Assembly: GCA_041659525.1 (NCBI GenBank)
Contig: JBAZYC010000001.1
Coordinates: 321,775 to 385,774 of the forward strand
Length of the DNA stretch: 64,000 nt
Direction: 5' to 3'
DNA from: an archaeon
GTDB taxonomy: Archaea; Iainarchaeota; Iainarchaeia; Iainarchaeales; JAAZKV01
Positions 54,932 through 64,000 of this stretch are shown one piece after another (the first letter of the stretch is position 1; every line of letters starts with the position of its first letter). A program made the translations under genes and the position numbers. The notes under the pieces were generated by a model that searched no databases, was not told where the DNA came from, and saw only the letters and a list, made by a program, of their open reading frames with translations.

Positions 54932-56572
54932 TTATTCTTTTCTATCGTGTTCTTCTTTTCCATTAACAATCATTTGAACTATCTTTGTGAATGCTGGTCT
55001 TGTAATAAATATTCCCACTAATGCACCTACTATTGCAACTACTGCAAATCCGTAGAGTTTGTCTAGTCCCGGTAAGTTTCTTGAGAACAAAATAATTGGA
55101 AGCATTACTCCTATCATTGTGAATGCTGAAGTTGCGATGATGAATATAGCTGCTTTTGCTCTTTGGAGCATTGATTCGTGTGCTTCTTTTGATTTACCAA
55201 GTATCTCATCAGTAATAACTATTTCTGAGTCAACCCCAGTACCAATTGCAACAATTATTCCTGCGAACGCTGCTAAATCAATTGGTCTTTGAGTGAATGC
55301 TAAGAATCCTAGCATAATAAGTATTTCAGCCATTCCGGTTAAGAAAATTGGAATTACTAATTTTAGTACTCTGTATCTAAATACAATTACTCCAGCAACT
55401 GTTATTGCTGCTAAAATTCCCATTAAAAATACAGTTGATAAGAATGATTCACCAAGGGAAGGAGAGATTGTTTCTCTTGAAATACTTTTAACTGGAGTGG
55501 GTAAAGAACCTGATTCAAGTAAAATTGCAAGTTCTTCTAAATCCGCTCTTGCTTCTTTAACATCTTCTCTTTGACCAGATATTCTTAGTGTAGAAAATTC
55601 TTTTGCTTGTGCAAGTGTTGCAACATCTTCGTTAGTAATTCCTTCAGTTAAACTAATTATTTGTCTAGCTCCAGTAGCTGTCCAAATCCAAGGAATACTT
55701 TCTCTTCCATTAACTCTAAGAACAGTAAATCCTAGTGCGTTTAAATCGTTAACAATAGTTTCGCTAACTCCAGGAGAAACAACTGCGTTCTTTGTTGAAA
55801 GCAAAGCTGTTTGTACTTTGTTATTGTCAAGTGCTGCGTTTGTATCAATTGTTAGTACAGTTAACATTGAGTCACTAATTAATTCATCAATACTTGTATC
55901 TTGTGGAATATTTTGAAATTTATTTCCTTCAAGTAGTAATTGATTATCTCTATCATATTCTTCAGTAGTAGTAACAATTAGTGCGTTTGGTCTATCTAAA
56001 AAGAAAATTGTTTTTTCACAATCATAATTAGGAGTTCCGTTAGTAGAAAATCCAACTGCCGTGCATTGGTGGAAAGTTTTTTCCTTGAATCTCTTTACTG
56101 CTGCTTCGTTTAAGATAAATGGAAGACTCCATTCATAAGCAGTTCCTGCTCTAAATACTCCAAAAGAAGTATCTCCTCTTAGAACTTTCTTTAATTCATC
56201 CCCAGTAAAAACAACTTCCCCGTTTAAAGTAGCTTCAAACTTTCCTTGTTGTCTTATTCTTGATTCAACTTTCTCAAGTTCCACTGGGTTTGTCTCAGAT
56301 AATTGTACTACAATAAATTGGGTTCCCACAGGGTAAACTGTAGCGTCCTTTAGTCCTGAAGGATCTATTCTTTGAGAAATAATATTTGCAATTCTACTAA
56401 TTTCTTCAGCCGAAACACTTTTTTGTAATTCTACTTGGTATAAAGTTCCGCCCTTAAAATCCATTCCTAATTTTATTCCATTAAACGCAATTAAACCAAT
56501 TGCAAGTATAATTATTACTGCGAGGAAAGTAAATTGCCAGTGCTTGATTAAAGAGTTAGTCATGGTTATCAC
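54932..56572 (-). CDS. secD: Protein-export membrane protein SecD
   Basis: 546-aa ORF with an N-terminal TM helix, a large periplasmic-type domain and 5 C-terminal TM helices containing IAAFAGIIVAIGTGVDSEIVI. Confidence 0.88.
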   Translation of the reverse strand: MITMTNSLIKHWQFTFLAVIIILAIGLIAFNGIKLGMDFKGGTLYQVELQKSVSAEEISRIANIISQRIDPSGLKDATVYPVGTQFIVVQLSETNPVELEKVESRIRQQGKFEATLNGEVVFTGDELKKVLRGDTSFGVFRAGTAYEWSLPFILNEAAVKRFKEKTFHQCTAVGFSTNGTPNYDCEKTIFFLDRPNALIVTTTEEYDRDNQLLLEGNKFQNIPQDTSIDELISDSMLTVLTIDTNAALDNNKVQTALLSTKNAVVSPGVSETIVNDLNALGFTVLRVNGRESIPWIWTATGARQIISLTEGITNEDVATLAQAKEFSTLRISGQREDVKEARADLEELAILLESGSLPTPVKSISRETISPSLGESFLSTVFLMGILAAITVAGVIVFRYRVLKLVIPIFLTGMAEILIMLGFLAFTQRPIDLAAFAGIIVAIGTGVDSEIVITDEILGKSKEAHESMLQRAKAAIFIIATSAFTMIGVMLPIILFSRNLPGLDKLYGFAVVAIVGALVGIFITRPAFTKIVQMIVNGKEEHDRKE

Positions 56573-56594
56573 ATCAATTAAATATCAATTTAAC

Positions 56595-57686
56595 TTAAAA
56601 CTTTTTATGCTCCTTCTCTTTTTTTTCAACCCACCATAATAATACTGGGGCATTCATTAACCAAGTTGCAATTATATCTCCAATTAATCCGAAGAACAAA
56701 ATTACTGCTATTTGGTAAATAACTTCTATTTGGTAAAAGAAAGAAATAACTATCATTACTACTAGTGCTGCAAGAGCGGTACTAGTCATTGTTATTCCTG
56801 TTTTCATTGAAGAGGTTGCTCTTTCTCCAGGAGTCCCATCTTTTCCTTTTAGCATTCTTGAAGTAAGCATAATATCAGTATCAACCGAGTATCCAATTAA
56901 CATTAACAAAGCTGGCAGAGTAGTTAGCGATAAAGGTATTTGTAAAAGTGCCATTCCTGCTAGTCCTGCTAATGCATCAAAAAGCATTGCTTGAATTATT
57001 GCTGCCGATGGAATGAATTGTCTAAAAGCAGCAAAAACAACGATAGTAATCATAATCATTCCAAGTATTGAAACAAAAACAGAGGAAGAAAAAGAAGAAG
57101 CACCAAGCGTTGGAGAAATTTCTCTTTTCTGGAATTCAACTTTAGCCCCTAATTGAAGTTTTTCAGTCAAAGTATCTTGTAATTTTTTTGAGAAAGCTTC
57201 TTTGTAATCAGCAAGTGCTTGTTGAGCAGCCATTAAAGCTGCTTTCGCATTAGCAAATTCTTGTGTTGGTTGATTTAATAATTTTAGAGCTTCGTTTGAA
57301 GCAGCGATTGAATCTTTTTCTACTTCTAAAGAATCACTTGCTTTGTTCAAAACATTTTCAACATTTGTCACTAAAGGATCTTTACTATATTGTATCCATG
57401 CCCCGTATCCTGTTGGGGAAGCAATTGTTGATACTTTTAATTCTTGTAGAGAAAAATTTTCTTTTAAAACAGAAACAAGCTGTGATTCAACTATAGGATT
57501 TTCTGATCGTATAATTAATACATTTCCTCCAGTTAAGTCAACTCCTGGTTGAATTCCTGGGAAAATTAAAACTAAAAATAACAAAGGAATAGCTAGGATT
57601 AATGGGATTATCATCATTTTTTTGTATTTATCTTTGTAGAAATCCCACATTAAAAAAACCTTCTTTTCTAATAAAAGTAAATTCAA
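56595..57686 (-). CDS. secF: Protein-export membrane protein SecF
   Basis: The C-terminal 6-TM core contains LLMLIGYSVDTDIMLTSR. It lies upstream of secD (secF-secD order). The likely true start is the ATG at 57650 (MWDFYKDKYKK). Confidence 0.86.
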   Translation of the reverse strand: MNLLLLEKKVFLMWDFYKDKYKKMMIIPLILAIPLLFLVLIFPGIQPGVDLTGGNVLIIRSENPIVESQLVSVLKENFSLQELKVSTIASPTGYGAWIQYSKDPLVTNVENVLNKASDSLEVEKDSIAASNEALKLLNQPTQEFANAKAALMAAQQALADYKEAFSKKLQDTLTEKLQLGAKVEFQKREISPTLGASSFSSSVFVSILGMIMITIVVFAAFRQFIPSAAIIQAMLFDALAGLAGMALLQIPLSLTTLPALLMLIGYSVDTDIMLTSRMLKGKDGTPGERATSSMKTGITMTSTALAALVVMIVISFFYQIEVIYQIAVILFFGLIGDIIATWLMNAPVLLWWVEKKEKEHKKF

Positions 57687-57900
57687 AACAATTAAAAATA
57701 GTCCTTCTTCGCTTAAAAAAAATAAATTTATCCCCCATTTGGTCCGTTTGTGCTTGCCCCGACTTGCCTTTGCTCACCTTAACCTACCAATAACCCTCAC
57801 TTGCCCTCTCTTGAATTTTTTCCTTGCCAGAAGCAATTAAAAACCCCCCAATTCATAAATAAGTGAAGAGAAACAGCTAAAAAAGTGAAAAGGTGTTAGT

Positions 57901-58893
57901 ATGAGTAGGAACGTAAATTTTATTGAAAAACCACAAGTTTTGCTTGATGCTGCGCTGAATAGAGGGAGAAAAGCTGCTAGCGAGTACCCTAAACAAAAAA
58001 CTGTTTTTTACACTGCGAAAGGAAAAGAGATTGCAAAAATTGATGCTTCTGCTAATTACTTAGAAGAAAAATTATTCAAAGCAACAAAACAACTTCCCAA
58101 TTTTGATAGTCTTGAACCTTTTTACTTTGATTTATATAGTTGTATAATCGATATTGATGAATTCAAAAAAACTCTTGCAAGTATTAGTTCAGTTGCAAGA
58201 CTTGTAAAAAAAATTAGAAGAGATCATATTGTTAGATTAAAAGAAATGAAGTACAATAAAGCAATGGAACAAAGTGCAAAAGGAATTACTAATGCTTATA
58301 TTGGAAGATTATCTTCGCTAGTAAAAGGAATCTCAAAGAGCATTGAGTTCTATAATGAGAATGCAAGAAAACTAAATGAATTACCAAGTATTAGGACTAA
58401 TGAAGAATCAATAATGCTTGCTGGTTTCCCTAATGTTGGTAAAAGTACTTTGCTTGGAAAACTAACTGAATCAAAACCAGATATAGCTAATTACCCTTTC
58501 ACTACAAAAGGACTTAACGTTGGAATGTTCATGATGAGGTACTTGCCAATCCAAGTAATTGATACTCCTGGTTTACTTGATAGACCCTTATCTGAAAGAA
58601 ATAATATTGAACTAAAAGCAATCACTGCTCTTCAACACTTAAAAGGAATAATTGCTTTTGTAGTTGATCCAACTGATGATATGCCTAAGCAAACCCAATT
58701 ATTTTCAGAAGTAAAGAAACTATTCACAAAACATAAATTCCTAATCGTTTTTTCTAAATCAGATATTGCAAACGCAAGTCAATTAGCTGATGCTAAGAAA
58801 GCATTTGAAGGATATGAGTTTGTAGTAGAAGGAAACGAACTAAACACTCTAAAAGAATACTTGCTAGCAAAAGGAAAGCACCTTTTTTCCTAA
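57901..58893 (+). CDS. NOG1-family GTPase
   Basis: 330-aa ORF with a NOG1-type N-terminal helical domain. G motifs are GFPNVGKSTL, YPFTTK, DTPGLLDRP and SKSD. Confidence 0.85.
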   Translation: MSRNVNFIEKPQVLLDAALNRGRKAASEYPKQKTVFYTAKGKEIAKIDASANYLEEKLFKATKQLPNFDSLEPFYFDLYSCIIDIDEFKKTLASISSVARLVKKIRRDHIVRLKEMKYNKAMEQSAKGITNAYIGRLSSLVKGISKSIEFYNENARKLNELPSIRTNEESIMLAGFPNVGKSTLLGKLTESKPDIANYPFTTKGLNVGMFMMRYLPIQVIDTPGLLDRPLSERNNIELKAITALQHLKGIIAFVVDPTDDMPKQTQLFSEVKKLFTKHKFLIVFSKSDIANASQLADAKKAFEGYEFVVEGNELNTLKEYLLAKGKHLFS

Positions 58894-58990
58894 AAGGTGC
58901 GGACACCTTTTTGCTTAAAGGTACAAGCACCTATTCGCTTGAATAGCGCAGGCATCTTTTTACTTAAAAGAACTGGAACTATTTTTATTA
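58870..58990 (+). repeat. Five decaying ~24-25-nt tandem units starting inside the last codons of the NOG1 gene
   Basis: CACCT-like anchors lie at 58879, 58904, 58928, 58953 and 58977. The unit is approximately AAAGGnnnnnGCACCTTTTTnCTTAA. Confidence 0.65.
58892..58913 (+). terminator. Hairpin plus T5 terminator of the NOG1 gene
   Basis: aaaaggtg-cgga-cacctttt followed by T. An alternative 9-bp hairpin gcacctttt/aaaaggtgc (58878-58900) spans the stop codon. Confidence 0.6.
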
Positions 58991-59092
58991 TTTTTTTAGA
59001 TTTTCACAAGCTCTTTTTAAAGCTTTTTAATGTAATTCTTTCATTGGCTACCGCGAATATTAATTGATTTGTTCGCAAAAAAATGCTGTTGA

Positions 59093-59344
59093 GTGATTTA
59101 CATGGGAAGCGAAATCCAACAAATAATGGAAGAAATCCTTTCGGATAGGGCTGTTCCACGAAACATTCGAGGCAAAATAGATGAAGCTCTCGCAAAAGTG
59201 AAAGCAAATAATGTAACTGCGCTCAGCGAAGCGATCTACTTCCTAGACGACATAAGTAATGATGTCAACATGCCTGAACATACAAGAACAGACATTTGGC
59301 ATTTAATCTCTCTGATTGAAGCAGAGAAAGAAAAAATGAAGTAG
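59093..59344 (+). CDS. UPF0147-family small helical protein
   Basis: ILSDRAVPRNIRGKIDEA...EAIYFLDDISNDVNMPEHTRTDIWHLISLIE matches the conserved archaeal UPF0147 pattern. The likely start is the ATG at 59102. Confidence 0.7.
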   Translation: MIYMGSEIQQIMEEILSDRAVPRNIRGKIDEALAKVKANNVTALSEAIYFLDDISNDVNMPEHTRTDIWHLISLIEAEKEKMK

Positions 59345-59409
59345 AAAAATTCCAACAAAAAAATAAAATTAATTTCGAACAAATCTAGTTTTATTCTCGG
59401 CCAAGAAAG

Positions 59410-60945
59410 TTGATTAGAATGGCTGAATCGTTTGAACATGAAATAATGACTTTTGCAGAAACGCGAGCGCTAATGCTTTCAAAAGATTCAATTGATCTTT
59501 TAGCTAAAAATGATTCTTGGAAAAAAATATTGCAAGAACTTGCTGATGAAGGGCAATTCTTTGTTGACCCAAATGTACTTGAAAAAAAATTGTCAAGAAC
59601 AAAACTCGCTTCAGTGATTGATGAAATCGAAGTAAGAAAAGTTTCTTTTAATGCACAAGCAAAAGACAGAGCCCCTAATTTCAGAGTAATGAGTGAGTAT
59701 GATGTTACTGGTCAAAGTAGTTCTGAAGGAAAAGTAGCAGATTTTTTGAGACTATTTAGAAGCAAATTTGAATTACTTTCGGGAATGTTAAAAACAAGAC
59801 ACAACTTATCACCAATTCCAATAAAGAGTTTAGCTACTGCACGTGATCGTGACCAAGTAGATGTAATTGGAATTATTAATAAAAAGTGGATAACAAAAAA
59901 AGGACACACTGCATTTGAAATTGAGGATATGGAAGCAAAATGTATTGCGCTTGTAATGGAGAAAGAAACAGAAGTGATAAAAAAAGCTGAACACATACTA
60001 GAAGATAATGTAGTTGGAATTAAAGGAACAAAATGGGGGAAAGATTTTATTATAATTAAAGAAGTTTATTGGCCAGATATGCCAATTAGACCAACTAAAA
60101 CAATTAGTGAAGATGTTTTAATTGGAGGAATAACTGATTTGCATATTGGAAGTAAATTATTTTATGAAGACCAATTTTCAAAATTACTTGATTACTTAAA
60201 TGGAAAAGGACTTACGGATAAGCAGCAAGAAAGAGTGGGAAAAATCCAATACTTATTTGTAACAGGGGATAATGTTGCAGGAATTGGAGTTTATCCAGGA
60301 CAGCTTGATGAATTATTAATTAAAGATGTTTATGAACAGTACGCAAAGTTTGAAGATTTAATGTTGCAAATTCCTGAGTATATTCATGTTTTTATTTGCC
60401 CTGGGCAACACGATGCAGTTAGAAGAGCAGAACCTCAACCAGGAATTGATAAAGAATTTGTTCCCCGTTTATCCAAATTAAGAAATTATCATTTCATCTC
60501 CTCCCCTTCATGGGTAGAAACTGAAGGAATAAAAAATTTAATTTACCATGGGCCAAGTGTTCACGATTTAATTAGTTCTGTTAGTTTTCTTCAAATGTCA
60601 AAACCTGAAGAAGCAATGGTTGAATTGTTGAAAAAAAGAGATCTAATGCCTAAGTATGGTGGAAAAAATCCTTACGTTCCAGAAGGGAGAGATTATATGG
60701 TAATAAAGGAAGAACCGGATTTGATTTGGTTTGGAGATCTTCACCACAAAGGATATGCAACTTATAGAGGAACTTCAATAATTAATTCGGGATGTTGGGA
60801 AGGTCAAACGGATTTTCAGAAAAAAATTGGGCACACTCCCACCCCTTGTGTTTTTCCAACAATTAATTTAAAAAACAGACAAATTAATGAAGTTCATTTT
60901 TCAAAAGAAACAGTGGAAAGAGATATTATTGAGGGGCAACAATAA
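59410..60945 (+). CDS. dp1: DNA polymerase II (PolD) small subunit DP1
   Basis: About 508 aa with an OB-fold region and calcineurin-like phosphoesterase motifs (DLHIGS, TGDNVAGIGVYPGQ, PGQHD, GDLHH). The likely start is the ATG at 59419. Confidence 0.92.
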   Translation: MIRMAESFEHEIMTFAETRALMLSKDSIDLLAKNDSWKKILQELADEGQFFVDPNVLEKKLSRTKLASVIDEIEVRKVSFNAQAKDRAPNFRVMSEYDVTGQSSSEGKVADFLRLFRSKFELLSGMLKTRHNLSPIPIKSLATARDRDQVDVIGIINKKWITKKGHTAFEIEDMEAKCIALVMEKETEVIKKAEHILEDNVVGIKGTKWGKDFIIIKEVYWPDMPIRPTKTISEDVLIGGITDLHIGSKLFYEDQFSKLLDYLNGKGLTDKQQERVGKIQYLFVTGDNVAGIGVYPGQLDELLIKDVYEQYAKFEDLMLQIPEYIHVFICPGQHDAVRRAEPQPGIDKEFVPRLSKLRNYHFISSPSWVETEGIKNLIYHGPSVHDLISSVSFLQMSKPEEAMVELLKKRDLMPKYGGKNPYVPEGRDYMVIKEEPDLIWFGDLHHKGYATYRGTSIINSGCWEGQTDFQKKIGHTPTPCVFPTINLKNRQINEVHFSKETVERDIIEGQQ

Positions 60946-60965
60946 AAAAAGCAAAAAGTGATTTT

Positions 60966-63900
60966 ATGGTTGAAATAATAAACACTCCCATTAATGGAAA
61001 TTCTTCAAACTCTCCCGAAATTAAAAAGAAATTTGAAACCCCTTTTACTCAAGAAGAAAAGAAAAAGATTGAAGTAATAAAAAAACTTTCCCCAATGGAA
61101 ATGATCACTCAAGAAATTCCTTTTCCCGCTGATGAAAATGTAAAAAAATATTTTAAATTAATGCAGTCAAAAACAAAAGATGTTTTTGAAATCGCAGAGA
61201 GAGCAAAATTTACAGGAGTAGATTTAACTGATTTTGTAGAAGTTGTTCCCGCAGTGGACTTGGCAGATCGTGCAGAAACAATTATTGCCCTACCTGGACT
61301 TGCAAAAAGATTTAGAGAAATATTTGCAGAAGCAAAGGATAGATGAAAAGCTTATTTTATTTTGTTTAAAGAAATTTTAGAACAAAAATGGTGGAAGATT
61401 CCGGATGATGCTAAAAGACTTGAAACTGCAATTAAGGCTTGCTTACTAATTGAAACTGAAGGAGTTGTTGTTGCTCCGCTTGATGGAGTTCCTAAAGTAG
61501 AAATTAATCAAAACCCTGATGGTTCAAAATATGTGGATATTTATTTTGCAGGACCAATTAGAGCTGCTGGTGGATCAGCAACAGTTGTTCCTCTTTTACT
61601 TGCAGATTATGGTAGAACACTCATGGGTCTTGATAGATACAAACCTACTCAAGACGAACTTGAAAGATACGTAGAAGAAATTGGGCTTTATCAAACTGAA
61701 GTAATTTCAAGACAATACACTATGAAAGATGAAGAAATAAGAATTATAATTAATGGTTGCCCCGTTTGCATTAACGGAGTTCCTACTGAAGAAGTAGAAG
61801 TTTCTGCCCACCGTGACCTAGCACGAATACCAACAAATAGAATTCGTGGAGGAATGGGTCTTGTTGTTGCAGAAGGATTAGCACTCAAAGCATTATGGGT
61901 AATGAAAACTGCTAAAGAACATAATTTGAATTGGGATTTTTTAGAAAAAATTGTTAAAGTAGAAAAAACTCAAACAAAAATAGAAATAAAACCAAACAAA
62001 TCTTACCTTGATAGACTTGCCGCAGGAAGACCCATACTTGCTTACCCAAGTGCTTGGGGCGGATTTAGATTAAGATACGGTAGAGGAAGAAACACAGGAA
62101 TAATGGCAAAAGCAATTAACCCCGCAGCAATGATTCTCTTTGATGAATTTATTGCAGTAGGAACACACGGAAGAATAGAAAGACCCGGAAAAGCTACTCA
62201 GTTTTTTCCCTGCACTACAATAGAAGGCCCAGTAGTTCTTCTAAAAGATGGAACTGTAATGAGAGTTAATACAAAAGAAGAAGCTGAATTAATTAAAGCC
62301 CAAGTAGAAAAAATAATTTATGTGGGAGATTTACTAATTGCTTATGGAGATTTTAAGAAAAGTGCTCACCCCCTAATACCTGCTGGATATTGCGAAGAAT
62401 GGTGGCTACTTGAAGTAAAGAAAGCTTGTGAAGATGAATTAAATAAAAATAAATTAAAAGAACTAGGACTTGAAAATGCTTTATTCATGTCTTTAGGAGA
62501 CGCAAGAAAAATGTCCCAAAAAGATGCTCTTAGTATAACTCAAAAAATAGGAGTTCCACTTCACCCTAATCTTTTGCATTTTTATAAAGCTCTAAATGGA
62601 AAAGAAATAGTTTCACTTCATGAATATTTATTGAATGGAAAAATAGAAACTGACGCTAATGGAAACGAAAAATTAGTTCTTGTAAACAAAATTGATGAGA
62701 AAAAAATGCTTGAAAGAATCGGATTACCCCACAGAGTGGAAAATAATGAAATCATAATTGAGGAAAATGTTTTAGGTTTAATAGAAACATTTGCATTAAA
62801 AACAAAAAAGAAAAGTACAAATGAAGCTACAGTTGAAAACGTTCTTGATTATTTAACAGAAATTTCAGGAATTACTATTAGAGATAAATCAGGTTCTTTT
62901 ATTGGAGGAAGAATGGGTAGACCCGAGCAGGCAAAACCAAGACAGATGAAAGGAAATCCACACGTATTATTTCCAATTGGACTTAAGGGTGGAAGTACAA
63001 GAAGCATAAACAAAGCAGTGGATCAAAATTATAATGAAAGTGGAAAAGCAGTTGTGGAAATAGCAGAATATTTTTGTCCGACTTGTAAAAAGATTTCAGT
63101 TCACCACAATTGCTTAACTTGTAACGCCCCAGGGGTAAGATTAAATTATTGTAAAACTTGTGCAAAATCAGTTACTGGTGAAACTTGCGGGGTGTGCGGA
63201 GGAAAAACTGTAAAAGCTGGGGAACACGAAATTGATATTCGTTTGTTACTTGAACTTGCTCAAAAAAGAGTTCATGAACCAGTTCTCTCTGATACAATCA
63301 AAGGAGTTAGAGGAATGATTGCTGAAGTAAAAGAAGTAGAACCTATTGAAAAAGGAATTTTGAGAGCAAAGCATGATGTGCACATTTTTAGAGATGGAAC
63401 TTCTCGGTTTGAATTACTTAATGCAACTATTACTCACTTCAAACCAACGGAAATTAATCTTTCGATTGAAAAAGTAAAAGAACTCGGTTATATTAAAGAT
63501 ATTTGGGGAAAAGAAATTACAGAGACTAATCAAATAATAGAAATTTTTCCACAAGATATTATTGTTAATGAAACTTGCGGAGAGTGGCTTGTAAAAGTAA
63601 GTCAATTCAATGATGAATTACTTGAAAAGTTTTACAAACAAAAAAAGTTTTACAATGCTAAAGTAAAAGAAGATTTAATTGGACATATTGTATTAGGGCT
63701 TGCTCCCCACACTTCAGCTGCTGTTAATGCTAGAATATTAGGTTACACAAAAGCACGATTAGGATTTGGACACCCTTACTTTGTTTGTGCAAAAAGAAGA
63801 AACGTTGATGGAGACCAGGACTCGCTCTTGTTACTAATGGATGCACTCTTAAATTTTTCTCAAAAATATTTGTCAACAAAAAGTGGGGGTAGAATGGATG

Positions 63901-64000
63901 CTCCGCTTGTTTTTACAATTATAATTAATCCTTCAGAGGTTGATGATGAAGTACACAAAATGGAGAGTGCTTGGAATCTTCCGCTAGATCTTTATGAAAA
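60966..64000 (+). CDS. dp2: DNA polymerase II (PolD) large subunit DP2, 3'-truncated by the window end, with one in-frame TGA
   Basis: A single reading frame runs from 60966 to the window end and is interrupted only by TGA at 61344-61346. I translated 61347-63998 and found no further stop. Matches include LIETEGVVVAPLDG, AGPIRAAGGSA, GRPEQAKPR, a Zn-finger cluster (CPTCKK...CLTC...CKTC...CGVCGG) and the catalytic region LAPHTSAAV...KRRNVDGDQDS. Confidence 0.9.

Noticed and set aside
58870-58990. Possible CRISPR-like array
   Set aside because: The units are contiguous at ~24-25 nt with no unique spacers, decay rapidly and start inside a CDS. There are no cas genes in the window.
58960-58990. 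Replication-origin ORB-like element (GTTCCAGT on the minus strand) upstream of the PolD genes
   Set aside because: There is a single partial match to the ORB core, with no inverted second copy, no long AT-rich unwinding element and no cdc6/orc1 gene nearby.
61344-61346. Selenocysteine or genome-wide UGA reassignment as the explanation for the TGA in DP2
   Set aside because: The aligned position in DP2 is a variable, non-Cys site. TGA clearly terminates other genes in the window (33995-33997, 40207-40209, 54240-54242), and no obvious stable hairpin lies immediately downstream. This cannot be fully excluded without genome context.

Overview
AT-rich archaeal chromosome segment. Archaeal markers are split rpoA (A'/A''), split rpoB (B''/B'), rpoH, PolD DP1/DP2, aEF-1alpha/aEF-2, eL30, eS1, CarS and RtcB plus archease. 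By inference, the small size of many proteins, the many lipobox or secreted proteins, the Lys-rich tails and a form III RuBisCO fit a small-genome DPANN-type archaeon. Positions 1-25000 (minus strand) hold the conserved information-processing supercluster rpoH-B''-B'-A'-A''-eL30-nusA / uS12-uS7-aEF2-aEF1a-uS10 / archease-rtcB / uL3-uL4. Lineage-specific genes interrupt it: a degenerate Fic-like gene, two tandem TraB/Tiki-like paralogs and surface or membrane proteins. Positions 25000-51000 are accessory. They carry secreted, lipobox and membrane proteins, two U32 peptidase genes (one frameshifted), a minimal HydA-like protein, a radical SAM/SPASM enzyme, a Kazal-domain cysteine-rich protein, the AmmeMemoRadiSam triad, a cupredoxin, tRNA-Asp, RuBisCO and a His-rich FKBP. 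Positions 51000-64000 carry Bud32, uS15, eS1, DUF92-CarS-archaeosortase-like, SecF/SecD, Nog1, UPF0147 and PolD. The DP2 gene has one in-frame TGA. No CRISPR array, rRNA gene or recognisable mobile element was seen. The most interesting points are the CarS-linked mini-archaeosortase with two candidate substrates sharing a GLFAxGxNxS C-terminal signal, the TraB-like pair inside the str operon, the decaying tandem copies of gene 3' ends, and the two broken reading frames (DP2 and U32).
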